A stretch of DNA of 64,000 nucleotides, from assembly GCF_009914755.1 (NCBI RefSeq), contig NC_060929.1; one strand, given 5' to 3'. A program made the translations under genes and the position numbers. The notes under the pieces are model-generated. The model saw only the letters and a program-made list of their open reading frames with translations. It was not told the DNA's origin and did no database searches. Below, one piece after another: positions 30,677 through 43,889 of the stretch. Within the stretch, counting starts at the first letter, position 1. Each line of letters starts with the position of its first letter. This stretch comes from the human T2T-CHM13v2.0 reference genome, Homo sapiens.

Positions 30677-31238
30677 TAGCTGCTAATTAGCATTGATTGA
30701 GCACTTACTGCATTTCAGGCACTTTCCTTGTATTTAATCCTCACAGCTTGCTGTGTATTCTCACCGGCATTTTTAATAAAGGAGGGATCTTAGGCTCGGG
30801 GAGTTGTAGCCCAGAGACCCACAGACAGTAGAGGAGAGAAACCAGAACTAGCACTCAGGTCTGTTTCAGACTAGCCGCGTTCTCTCCACTACACCAGCCA
30901 TGTGGCTGGATATTAGCATCAATAGGAAAAGACAGGGATAGTCGACTTTTGAGGGGTGTTCTGGCTGCCCCATCCAACCCCTTTTTTGGAAGTGGCCCCG
31001 TAATTTCTTTTTTAGGAAACCATAGCTCCCCAATCGTCCATCTTCTTGCTTTGAGTGGGACCCACCCTACTCTCTGCCGGTCAATATACTGACTACCCTG
31101 GCCACAGGATTGATCGGTTCAGAGATGGGCACGTGATCCCAGCTGGTCCAATCACAGGGAGCTCGGGGGCTTGAAAAGGTGCTTCCGGGCGGAGGCTTTC
31201 TTCGTGCCTTCCCTGAACTGGGAGGGCTGGGCATGAGG

Positions 31239-32026
31239 TTCTTCTTCTTCTTTTTAGTTTGCAAGCATTTATTTTATTCTATTCACACTGTACTGGTATT
31301 ATACAACCTGCAAAAAGTACAAAAGACTAATCCATGTTTACATGCTGGGTCAGAGCCAAGTTGCAAAAAAGGAAGACAGCACAGACAGATACAAAAAGAG
31401 CTCAGGTGTCCCGTACAAGCCACAAGCCTCACTGTCACGTGAAGTATTTAAAGCTGTATATATCGCCACAGGAGAATCTCTGGTCTTTGCAGCAACCACA
31501 CAGAGGTAGGGGTGGGAGGAGGACTAGGCTACAGCCCAACTGGTGTGAAGAGTCGGGGAGGGGGAGCCCAGGAGTGGGGGCAGAATCCTGGGCCCTAACG
31601 TGGGCATCTGGTGGGCAGCAGGGCCCCTGATTGAACCCGGCAGGCCGAGCCACTGTGGGGAGACCACATGTTCTCGTTAAGCCGACAGACCATGCTATAA
31701 ATGAAACTAGAGAGAGTCAGGGACTACTTGTACTTTCTCTAATAACCGCCCACCAGACTCACAGACACAGTGTGTCCCAGGTGGGTCATCAGGCAACTGC
31801 ACTTCATGTCACAGTAATAAATAGGAGGCTGAGATTACAGTGAAAAATTCAGTGTGGACGTTTCTGTGGGATGGCACAGTGCTTATCACTCTGAATAATG
31901 AGGCATTCCTTTCAGTATCTCGAAATGCCAAGTTCCCTCCAGCCTGGGGCTTTGGCACACCCAGTTTCTGCCTGGACTGTTTGTTCTTGCACCATGTCTT
32001 CACCCAGATCCCATTCTCCAGATCCT
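31239..32026 (-). pseudogene. Probable processed-pseudogene fragment (5'-truncated mRNA 3'UTR retrocopy), parent gene not identified
   Basis: On the minus strand: non-repeat UTR-like sequence, overlapping AATAAAATAAA (31268-31278), 12-17 nt spacer, then a decayed A-tail AAAAAGAAGAAGAAGAA; candidate TSD GCATGAGGTTCT / GCATGAATTCT. Confidence 0.6.
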
Positions 32027-32297
32027 GCATGAATTCTGCTTTTCCCTGGAGCCTCCCTGGACCCCTGAGGCTTGGCTGGCAGCCCCTGCCCCTGGGATCC
32101 CATTGTTTCTGGCTACCAAGCAGAGGTCAGCCTGCCTTGTAGCCAGGCTGTGAGCTTTTTAAGAGTGGGGACACTTTTCCTAGTGGTCTCTCCTCTGTCT
32201 TCAGTGCCTAGCCTAAGTGCCTGACACATGCTTGTTGCCTGATGACATAAACAGAGGGCAGGAATTGTGTCTGACTCATCTCTGGTTGGGCATCACC

Positions 32298-33491
32298 CAG
32301 GGCTGGCTTCATGGGCTTGTGACCAGTGCCATCACATAAGGCCCTAGAAAGATGGGGCCTTGGTCACCACGTGTGATGTCACCATCATTGTCTTGAAATT
32401 TTTAATAATTTTTTTTTGAATTTGTGTTTCGTAAGTGAAGTCTGATGGGACCCCTAAGCATGCTTTAGGGACTTGGAGCCTCAGCTCTCGCACAGTCCTG
32501 CCTTCCATCACCTCCCCAGGGTGGGTCAGATACCCATCCCTCCACCTCCACCCCCTGCCCCTGCTCTATGACTGCTGCTGTCCTCCACCCAGCAGGCACA
32601 CAGAGGATTAGGGGTAGGCATGCACACTTGGTGGCATCTTTTGGTAGGGCATGCTCCAGGGTTAAGCACCACAGTGCATCTGGTGGGTGGCCAGCTGGAG
32701 GCTGTGTCTCAGCCAGGTCCAGCCTTTCGCCCACCCCTGATCCAGGTACCCAGAGCATGTTGGCTTAGAGCGTTAAACATTCCCAAGGATCCCTGTCTGC
32801 GGTGGGTTGGAGAACAGGCTGTGGGAAGAGGCAGGCTTGGCTCAGCTTCCCCAGACCCCGCCCTAGCCAGGGCAGGTCTTGTCAGTCCAGTCACTGGCTG
32901 AGGGTGAACCCAGCTGCCCTCAGACTCAAGCAAGCATGCGTGTCCCATGTTGCAGGGTAAGGCCCCAGGCACTTGTGAACTTCTGTCCTCTCCCTGCTAG
33001 TATCCCCCATACCAGAGAGAGTATCCCTGTACCCAGGAATGCTCCAGCAGCTGGCTCTGTGTCAGGTGTGTGTGTATGTGTGTATGTACGTAGGTATGGG
33101 TGTGTGTGTGTGTTGGGTGTGTGTGTGTGTGTGTGTTCCTCTCCTCCTCTTTTCAGCCTTGTTTCTGGCTTGTTTGTCTCTTGTGGCCACTTAAGGCACT
33201 CCCATAGGGTTGAGCCACATAATACAAACTGTAATTTCAGTGATTTTGATAATGCATTAAATGCTCGCTCTTTTGCATTTGAAACTGGAATTTCACAATA
33301 TAAAGATGAACAGTAAATTCATGCCAGTAATAAAAAATTTTATTTTTTCTTTACTTAGAACATCAAATAGCAAATGAATAGCATCATAAGAAGTCAAGAG
33401 AAAGACCATGGAAGAAAGAAGAAACTTTAACAGCGCTTTTTTCATGATCTTTGAACAAGGAGCTCTAAATTATCATTTTGCACTGGCTCTG
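32298..33491 (+). mobile_element. MER45B/C-like hAT-Tip100 DNA transposon fossil containing a (TG)n tract
   Basis: Starts CAGGGCTGGCTTCATGGGC...GTCTTGAAATTTTTAATAATTT; ends TTTGAACAAGG...TCATTTTGCACTGG. Confidence 0.75.
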
Positions 33492-34345
33492 TCCCAGCTC
33501 ATGTTTGTTGAGTGAATAAATAAATAAATAAATGCATACATACATATTTATTAGTACATGGAACACACTGATTATCTTCCATTTCCTAACAACACTGTAT
33601 GTAATCAGGATTGCAGGCATGTTATGAAATACTAGAATAGCTGAATATTAAAATTATTCTGGAATCATGTATGCTTATTGTTGGGGTTATTTGTGACGTC
33701 TCCAAAGTCATCACAGTTTTCTCAGCATCAATGTCCTCATCTCACCCCAGTCCTAGTTCTAGTCTTAGTGGAATAGATTGTATCAGACTAATCCTCTGAC
33801 AGACAACAACGATCAACTGTGGATGAAATTTTAAAACAACTATTTAAAAATGCCAGAGAGCAAACAAAAGCAGACAAGTTAGAGGGACTTCAACCCACGA
33901 AATCAATAAACGTACTGACTGAGACTCATGCACACACACATGACAGAGGGACAGAAGCTCTATGAGAGGAGGACCCTTATCCATTTTGTTGATGGCACAT
34001 AGTATATGTTCAATAAATTTTTGTTGTCAAATGAATGTTTTGTTTGGCCAACCTCACTTATTGTTTTTTCAGTTTTACTGAGGGATGATTTATGTAAAAT
34101 AAAATTCACACTTTTTAATTGTACCATTTTATGAGTTTCACAAATGTATACAGTTGTATATCTGCCACTATGATCAAGATGTAGAGTATTTCCATCGCCA
34201 TAGAAAGTTCCTTTATGCCCCTTTGCTGTTTATCCCTTCCCCAGCCCCAGCACCTGGCAATCGCTGACCTGATTTCTATAGCTTTGCCTTTTCCAGAAAG
34301 TTGAATAAATGGAATCACACTAAATGTAGCCTTTTGTGTCTTGCT

Positions 34346-34661
34346 TCTTTCTTTTCTTTTTTAAAAATTATTATTTTTTGAGATAGAGTCTCGCCGTGTC
34401 ACCCAGGCTGGAGTGCAGTGGTGTGATCTCGGCTCACTGCAACCTCTGCCTCATGAGTTCAAACAATTCTCGTGCCTCAACCACCTCAGTAGCTGGAATT
34501 ACAGATGTGCGCCACCACACCTGGCTAATCTTCGTATTTTTAGTAGAGATGGGTTTTCTCCATGTTGCCCAGGCTGGTCTCAAACTCCTGGCCTCAAGTG
34601 ATCCACCCGCCTTGGCCTCCTAAAGTGCTGGGATTTCAGGCATGAGCCACTGTGCCTGGCC
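34346..34661 (-). mobile_element. Alu (J/S)
   Basis: Full antisense Alu; TSD-like TGTGTCTTGCTTCTTT / TGTGCCTGGCTTCTTT. Confidence 0.9.
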
Positions 34662-35319
34662 TGTGCCTGGCTTCTTTCTTTCACTTGTATAATACCTTTG
34701 AGATCCATCCATGTTGTTTCTGTGTATTAATAAATTATTTCTATTATGGCTGAGCAGTATTCCATTGTGTGGATATAACTCAAATTGTGGATTTTGGGGT
34801 TGTTTCTAGTTTTAGCAATGATGGATTAAGCTACTATATTTGCATGTTCGTCTTTGTGTGAACAGATTTTCTTTTCTAGGAGTGGCATAGCTGGGTCATA
34901 TTGGTAAGTGGATACTTAACTTGGTAAGACACTGCCAAACTGCTTTCAAAATGGCTGTACCAGCCACGTAATGAGAGTTCCAGTTGCTCCACATCCTCAC
35001 CAACACTTAGCATTGTCAGCATTTAAAGAATTTTTTAGCCATTCTAATAGTATGTAGTGTAATCTCATTGTGGTTTTAATGTGCATTTACCTAATGATTA
35101 ATGATGTCAAGCATTTTTCATGTTCTTATCTACATCTCTTTTTTGATGAAGTTATGTGTTCAACTCCTTTGCCAATTTTAAAAATTGGATTGTTTATTTT
35201 CTTATTACTGAACTGTGAGAGCACTTTATATATTTGGGATACAAGTCTTTTATCAAATCTGTATTTTGCAAATATTTTCTCCAGCCTGTGACTTGTCTTT
35301 TTGTTCCCTTAATAATGTG

Positions 35320-35597
35320 TTTTTTGTTTTTTGGGGGTTTTCTGGTTTTTTTTTTCTTTTTTTTTTTTGAGACCAGGTCTCACTCCGTCACCCAGGCTCA
35401 CTACAGCCTTGACTTCCAGGGCTCCCGCAATTCTCCCACCTCAGCCTCCTGAGTAGTTGGAACTAAGGCACTCACCACCACACCTGGATAATTTTTTGTA
35501 GAAATGGGGTTTCACCAGGTTGCTCAGGCAGGTCTCGAACTCCTGGGCTCAAGTGGTCCATCAGCCTTGGCCTCCCAGAGTGCTGGGATTACAGGCA
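35320..35597 (-). mobile_element. AluJ, internally deleted and 5'-truncated
   Basis: Antisense Alu; CCCAGGCT joined directly to CACTACAGCC; ends at GGATTACAGGC. Confidence 0.85.
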
Positions 35598-35939
35598 CCT
35601 TAATAACATCTTTTGAAGAGCAAAATTTTAAAATTTGATAAAGTCCTATTTATCAATTTTTTTCTTTTCTACTTTGTGCTTTTTGTGCCCTAAGAAATCT
35701 TTGCCTAACCCAAAGTCACAAAGATTGTTCTCCTGTGTTTTCTTCAAGAAGTTTTAGAGTTTTAGGTTTTATATATTTAGGTCTATGATTAATTTCAAGT
35801 GTTTTTTAATATATAGTATGAGATAGGGGTTCAGGTACTTTTTTTTTTTTGCATTTGTATGTGTAGCTGTTTCAACATCATTTGCTGAAAAGACTATTCT
35901 TTCTCCATTGAATTGCCTTTGGACCTTTGTCAAAAATCA

Positions 35940-36317
<378 letters not shown>

Positions 36318-36996
36318 TCATCCTTTTGCTAGTCCCACGTTGTCTTGATTACTGCAGCTTTATAAGAAGTCCTAAAATCAAGTAACACAGTCCTCCAATT
36401 TTGTTCTTCTTTTTCAAAATTGTTTTGGCTGTTCTAGTTCCTTGGCCTTTTTATATGAATCTTAATTTATCAATTTCTATCAGAAAAGGCCGATTTGGAT
36501 TTTAAATGCTATTGTATTGAATTTTTGGATCAATTCAAGGAGAACTGACATCTCAAGTATATTGAGTCTTCCAATCCATGAACACAGTATATTTCTCTGT
36601 TTAGGTCTTCTTTGATACCTCTCAGTGGTTTATAGTTAGATAGTTTTCAGTATGTAGATCTTGCACATATTTTATTAGATTTATCTCTAAGTATTTCATG
36701 TGTTTTTGATACTTTGCAAATTGAACTTTAAAAAATTTTTCAAATTCCAATCATTCATTTTTGGAGTATTGAAGTTAAATCGATTTTTATGTATTGACTT
36801 TGTATGCTATGACCTGGCTAAATTCACCAGTTAGTTCAAGTTGCTTTTTCATGGATACTTTGGAATTTTCCACAGAGCCACTGTGGCACTGCAAATCAGG
36901 ATGTTGAACCCTTATATTTCTGTATATCCTTGTATTTGCAGGACTGTCATCATAAAGTGTAGCTGTGGAGAGCACGGTTTTGCAGTCAGACATGGG

Positions 36997-37768
36997 TTGG
37001 ATTTTGGTCCTCCATTTCCCAGCTGTGTGACTATGGCCTAGTTATTTGGCCTCTCTGAGCCTCCATCCCATCACTTGTAAAATGGGAAAAAAATCACCCC
37101 CTCTAAGATTACATTAGAGAATCGTTAGTTTTCAGAAGTGGAATTGCAGGTTAGCAGGCAGTCACAATTTAAGGTTCTTGGTATCTATCGCCAAAATGTT
37201 TGAATTGGAGTGCAACTCTTCACCAACCCCAGTAATATTGCCACTGCTATAGTCTGAAGGTTTGTGTCCCCCAAAACTCATATGCTGAACTCATAACCCC
37301 CTAAGATGATGGTATTTGGAGGGGGGAGCTTTGGGAGGTGATTGGATGATGAGGGTGGAGCCCTCATGAATAGGATTAGTGTCCCTATAAAAGAAGCCCT
37401 AGAGAGCTCCCTTGCCCGTTCTGCCATGTGATGATGCAGGGAATAGACAGCCATCTACGAAATAGGAACCCTCATAAAACACTGAATCTCATAAAACACA
37501 AACCTTCAGACTATAGCAGTGGCAATGTTGCTGGGGTTGGTGAAGAGCTGCACTCCAATTCAAGCATTTTGGCAATAGATACCAAGAGCCTTAAATTGTG
37601 ACTGCCTGCTAACCTGCAATCCCACTTCTGAAAACTAACGATTCTCTAATTATAATCTTAGAGGGGGTGATTTTTTTCCCATTTTACAAGTGATGGGATG
37701 GAGGCTCAGAGGGGCTGAATAACTAGGCCACAGTCACACAGCTGGGAAATGGAAGGACCAGAATCCAA
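36997..37768. repeat. Long inverted repeat: arms 36997-37267 and 37496-37768, 228-bp spacer
   Basis: Manual alignment of arm 2 against the reverse complement of arm 1 gives 12 substitutions and 2 indel sites in ~272 bp. Confidence 0.95.
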
Positions 37769-37882
37769 TTCACCTTGATTTTGGACTTCCCAGCCTCCAC
37801 AACTGAGAGAAATAAATTTCTGTTGTTTATAAACCACCCAGTCTATGATATTTTGTTACAGCAGCCCAAATGGACTAAGACA
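37245..37882 (+). mobile_element. MSTD/MLT1A-type MaLR solo LTR, interrupted by the inverted duplication
   Basis: TGCTATAGTCTGAA...GAGGGTGGAGCCCTCATGAA...AATAAATTTCTGTTG...GGACTAAGACA. Confidence 0.85.
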
Positions 37883-40800
37883 CACATTTATAATTATGTG
37901 TGCTTTAAAAGATTTGGAGAATAATGTATACATATATCAAAACATCATGTTGTACACTATAAGTATATACATTTTTTATCTGTCAACTTAAAAATTAATT
38001 AACCAATTAATTTTAAAAAGAGAGAGAGACTCGGAGAGACATTCTTATCCTGTGTGCTCATAATTGTCAGCCAATCAATCTTCTTATATTTCCCGTCTGT
38101 TGTTTCTGGCCCATAGATGGCCATCACTATTGGTTTATACATGTTATTCTTTGATGTTTGAAGTGTTTTCCTTTTCAAACTGGAAACTTGATAACCACAA
38201 GAGCAAAAAGGGTTGACCTTCAGGGAGCACTTCCTCTGCGCCAGGCTGCGCTTCTCAGATATTAACTAATCCCCATGACAACCCTATGTAGTCTCTTTTT
38301 ACCTCTATTTTGCAGGTGAGAAACTTGAGGTGAGAAGTCACTTGCTCAAGGGCACAGCCAGAGGGTAGCAGAGCTGGGATTTTTGCCCCCTCCCACCCCC
38401 CACCTCATTCAGTAAACCTAGAGTCTGAGCAAACTGGCCAGGGCTGAGACTAATTCCTGTCCTCATGAACTGGGTACCCATGAGCTAAGCTCTCAGCCCC
38501 TCTGACCCAGCTGGCCCTCTGCTCACAAAATTTTGATGAGTCTTCTGTGTCAGGCTCTCTGTTAAGTTCTAAGCCTCAGTTTCCTCATCTATAAAATGGG
38601 CCAAATGGTTATGTCTATGGCACTTGCCTGTTGTGAAGACTGGATAAGATGCCGGGGCCACAAAGGTTTGTTGATGAGCTTATGAAGGTTGGATTCTCGG
38701 AAGTTCCTGGCCATGAGTGGGGACCTTTGAGACATGATCAGGCTCCTTGACCTTGGTCTGTGCCTGGCTTGTCTCTCCACCTTCTGTTAGTATAAAAATG
38801 CCAGCTCTGTTCTTTTCAGTTCTCACCTTGTGAGAAAAGAAAAGTAGTCTAAGTTTCTCTTCTTTGTCCTGAACTGGGAGGGCGGGAGGGCTACCTCAAG
38901 CAGGAGGCCGTAGTCAGGAGACCCAGGTTCTCATCCTTGCCCCACCCTTCAAAATCAGCCTGGCTTTAATCCAGTGACTGCCTGTCTCTGAACTTCCGTT
39001 TCCTCTGCCGCAAACTGAGGAAGATTCTTCTGTCCCCCGCACCAGGGCCGAGTGAGTTAAATGAGATAATGAGTGGGAACACTCATTGTAAACTACAGGC
39101 TAAATGTGTTTTTATCATGGGTCTGCTTTGTGTCTCAGGGGCTACATGTGGTCGGAAGACGACGGGCTCTCGTCTGGTTTGGCTCGGGGCTCTGTTACTT
39201 ATCAGCTGGGAGCCTGGCTTTCCCCTTCTATAGTGCTGGGATAATATTGGGGTAGTCTGCTCGTGGGGCCCTCTGCCTCCTGTGTACATGATAGGATTAC
39301 ACGTGCTGGCCTCCCTGTGATTGAGTGGGGCCACATGACTAGCTGTGAGTAAAAGTGACATGTGTCACTTCCAGGGGGAACATTTAACTGCTTGAATTGA
39401 ATCTTCCCTTTGTGTGTTCTGGTAAATCTGCACATAAATGGGGCCTCAATCTGGGCCTCTGAGTGAAGCCCCTTAGGTAAAATATGTATTGTCAGCAAAA
39501 AAGTAAATAAGCAAATAAATGCAAGCTTTAAAATTTGAAGCTGTTAAAATTAAAATTATTGGTTATCACAGCATAACTGTGCCTATCCTGGCTGAGACAA
39601 TCTCTCCTTCGCGAGGTGGCTGTGAAACTTCAATGTGAGGATACAGGTAACACTCTTGGTTAAAAGCCTGACAGGTAGTAAGCGCCCATTGAATGGGAAC
39701 GGTAATTATTACTGTGGTAAGAACACAGCAAGAAATGGTTGGATTCAAATCCCAGCTTTGCTCTTAGCCCTCTGGGTGACCTTGGACCGAGAACTTAACT
39801 CTATACAATTTGGGGCTCAGTTGGGGGATCACAGGAGCTGAGCTGAGAGCCAGGGTTGCCTTGTAGTTTTAGGGCCCTGGGGCCAGACTGCCTGGCTTCA
39901 AATCCTGCTGTGACCATTCATTAGCTGCTGTATGACCTTGGGCAAGTCACTTAATCTCTTTGTACCCCAGTTGCCTCATCTATAAAATGGTGATAATAGA
40001 AGTACCTACTTTAAAGGGCTATGGGGAGAATTAAATAGGTTAACGAATGCAAAATGCTCAAAAGATTTCCTGACACATGGAAGCACTCCAGAAATTTGAG
40101 AGCTTATTTATTATTGTCCATTGGACAATATGGAACAGTGTTTGGGAGCCCTAGCTGGATCCAGCCCTGGCTGGATCCCAAACCTGTGTTTCATCAGCTG
40201 TGTGATCTTGGGGCCGTCAGATTACTTCTCTGAGTTTCACTTTCCTCATTCATGGAACAAGGGTAGTAATACCTACTCATAGCCATTTTGTGAGGGTTAA
40301 GTGAGATAATGTATGGCACTGGTAATGTATGCAGTGCCTGGCCCCGCAAGAGCTCAGTCGGGACCAGCTGTGATGATTAACACAGGAATGAACACCCAGC
40401 ACCTAGTAGGTGCGTGGTCAATATTTGTCCCTCCACCATCCCTCATCTTGGACAATCTCTCCAAGGGAAAAACAAGGCTCACCCAGGCAAAGCAACAGCT
40501 TCCTGACTCAGGCGTGCTGGTGACCATGCTGGGGCAGAACTCCATTCTCTGCACCCCCACATCCCCCACCCCAGCTGGAGAGGCCACCATCCTGCTGGCG
40601 CCCCGGCAGGCCCGCTGCTGCCCACCTGTGCTTTGCAGTGGGATGGTGAGTGGCAGCTGGACTCCGAGGGCCAGGTGGCAGAGGGGCGGGTCTCTCCCCT
40701 GGGCATTGCAGCCACTCTAGTTACCCTCTTGGATTTCCTCACTCTCCAGGCTGCACGCTGGGTGGGCCTTTAGGGGCTAGTGAAGTGTTCAGCATCTTCC

Positions 40801-41168
40801 CCGTACCTTGCTGTTTCTGAGGACCAGGGGGGCTGCCGGAGCTGGGCCCTTTACCAGGGCCACCATGCAGCGAGCAGGTCCCCAGAGAACCTCTCCCCAC
40901 ATGCCATGTGGGGGTTGCGAGACCCTGTCCCTGCGGAGTGAGCTGAAGGCCGGGAGCTGCCAGCAGCTGCAAGGTAGGGAAAGCCTCCCAGGCCCAGCAG
41001 AGAGCTGTCCCCAACATACATGCCTGGGTGCTCCCACCTTGGGCGGAGACTAGGGGGGAATGAGAGGGACCACTTGTTTCTCTCAACCTACCCAAAAATG
41101 CACATGGATCGAACCCTGACTTGGACCTGGCCTGACACTGAAGCTTGAGTCCAGCTCAGAGCACAGCT

Positions 41169-41232
41169 ACAAACCCAGGGCCCCCACAAACCCAGGGTCC
41201 CCACAAACCCAGAGCCCCTGCAAACTCAGGGC
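41169..41232. repeat. 17-bp tandem repeat, ~3.7 copies (ACAAACCCAGGGCCCCC)
   Basis: Seen directly. Confidence 0.85.
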
Positions 41233-41530
41233 AGAAGAATGAGGGATGCTGAGGAGGAAGGGCTGTTGGAACCTTCAAAATCCTCTTAAAAATTTCTTTA
41301 TTGGTGTATAATAGTTGTGCATATTTTGGGGGTTCATGTGATATTTTGATACACTCATACCATATGTAATGATCACATCAGGGTATTAAGGATAGCCATC
41401 ATCTCCAACATTGATCTTTTCTTTGTGTTGGAACATTATAACTCTTCTTTTCTAGCTAAAAAAATTCTCTTTTTAAAAATAGTGTGCACCAAACTAGATC
41501 TGTGCAGCACAACAAAAATGTATTGAGCAC

Positions 41531-41923
41531 TGTATTAGTCAGCTCCGGCTGTCACCACCAATTACCACGGACTGGGTGGCTCAAACAACAGAAATGTATT
41601 TTTGCACAGTTCTGAAGGCTGGAAGTCTCAGGTCAAGGTCTGGGCTGGGTTCTGGTGAGGGCTCCCTTCCTGGCTTGCAGACGGCCACCTTCTGGCAATG
41701 TCCTCACTTGGACTCTTCTCTGTGCATGCATGGAGGGAGGGCAGTGAGTTCTCTGGTGTCTCTGCTGTTGAAGACACTAATCCTATTGGATCAGGACCCC
41801 ACCCTCGTGACCTCATTCAACCTTACCTACTTACTAAAGGCCCTGTCTCCAAATACACTCACCACAGGTGTTAAGGCTTCAGCATGAGTTTGGGGGAGGG
41901 GCATAGGCATTCAGTCAGTAAGA
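41531..41923 (-). mobile_element. MLT1A0-like MaLR solo LTR
   Basis: TGTATTAGTC start, GGCTTGCAGACGGCCACCTTCT, GGCCCTGTCTCCAAATACA; perfect 5-bp TSD AGCAC. Confidence 0.85.
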
Positions 41924-43889
41924 AGCACGTATTTGAGTCACGTGCCGGCAACAAGACATGCGAAGTGCTCATTAGCATGGAGCTTATGCTCCTGAGGGGT
42001 GTGTGTGTAGGTGTGTGCACACGTGTACACAGCATGCATGTGTGAACAATTACCAGCCAGATAAATAAGCACACGAGTTCATGGGCAAGCTGTGGCCAGG
42101 CCTCTGGTTTGCAGTGCCTGAGCAGAGTGGTGAATAGTGCAACGTCTTGAGCTGGAAGGACCAGGTTCATTCATCTCCTGGGTCTGTTACTTCAAAGCTG
42201 CGTGTCCTTGGGCTTTCCCTCTCTTTATGTCGGCTTCCTTATCTGTGAAGTAAGATTAGCAATACCCACAACAGAAGGCTGTTGACATGACTTAGAATAC
42301 TGGCTAGTAAATGCTCGGTACAGGGTTTGGAAGGTCGGTTATGAATAATAGATGGTTATTATAATCATGAACAAGGAGATTACCTCTAATTGAGGTGGAG
42401 GCTTTGAGCTAGAGGCAAACTAACCTTTGAGGTCATATGTTAGAAGGTCTTAGCTACAGAGTGGAGTATATCAGGGAGAATAGGCACTATTTGGGTCTGA
42501 TATGTGATGCTCTTCTTGGGTACATATCATTCATTCATTCACTCATTCATCATATTTTCATCAAATTTACCCACTATCCCCACAAAGCCATTTACCCACT
42601 ACCCTCCCAAAGCCACCAAAATCAGCTGAGATCTTGTCACACTGATCTGGCTCAGATTCTTACAGGTCAGGCAGGGGCTGAGAAGTTTTATTAGTGCAGC
42701 TGGCTGCCCACCAGATGCAGACAGATGGAACCTACTTGACACCCATAGCATTGTTCTTGGCAACGCCAGGAGGCTCTGAAGAGGATGCCAACTGCCTGAT
42801 GGGGCGACTGAGCCCACTGTGAATTCAGGGTTAGCACGCAGATGTCTGGGCAGGAGAAGAATTGTCATGCCTTCCAACCCAAACTCTTTAAATATCCATT
42901 CAACATATTGAGCAGACTGTGTTCCCTGTGTCGTGGAAGGCAGGGCCCTTCTGGTGGCTGCCATAGCCTCTCCTGTACTGTGGTTGGCATTTGGGCTCCA
43001 GCTCCCACTTGGACACCCAGCCACAAAACAAAGCCCCATTGTTCACCTGCTGTCCCTGGTCCCTTCAGAAAGCCTCTCTGTGGTTACAGAGGCTCTCATC
43101 TTGAGGACCTAGGCTAGATGGGGTCTAACCTCCAACCAGAGGAGTTTGTAGAAGGATTCTTCCCAATCCTTCCAGTCCCTGCCTGAGAGGAGGTCTGTGC
43201 TCCCCTGTCCCCATCTCATCACATCCCCAGGGCTGCCTGAGCACCCCTTGGAGACCAGCGCCTCAGGGCCCAGCCTCTCAACCTTTCCTACCTGACCTGG
43301 GGCCCCTGAGCATTTACAGGGCAGCCTGGTGCCTGGGAGGGGTGGTTGGGCTCGATGGACCTGCAAGTTCCTTTCCTCTCGGCTGTTCTGAGGTTCTAAA
43401 CACCCACCCTCTGCCCTTGTCTGGGCTTCTTGGTGGGAATTCAGGGAGGGACCAGGCTTGAGCCTGCCCGTGGGAAAAGCACAGCATCGTGTGCCCTTAG
43501 CCCACAGCGGAACTGTCCCCGCTTCAATTTTCATCATCTGTAACATGAGGATGACCACAATAGCGCCTGCCTTCCAGAGCTGTGCTGAGGATTAAATGAG
43601 TTAATTCATGGGCAGGGCATAGACTAGTCCTGCCACATGGGGCCAGGACGTAGAGCTAACACAGCTGTTAGCTCTCCACCTGGTCTGGGATTGAGCCCAT
43701 CCAGGAACCAGCGGTGGAGCAAGATGGGGGCGGTAACATTCCAAATCCTATTGGCGATTGCATTTTCACCTTCGGATTGAGATCTTCCAGCCAACGTGCT
43801 GGGGGAGTTTTGGGATCAACACAGTATACAATGGCTAGAGTTCAATCCTTTCAGAGCTTGAGACTCTGGGTCACACAGATGCATCCATC

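Noticed and set aside
36997-37768. Inverted repeat as MITE TIRs or a pre-miRNA
   Set aside because: The arms are chimeric local sequence with no TSD, and the stem and loop are far longer than a pre-miRNA; local duplication explains it better.
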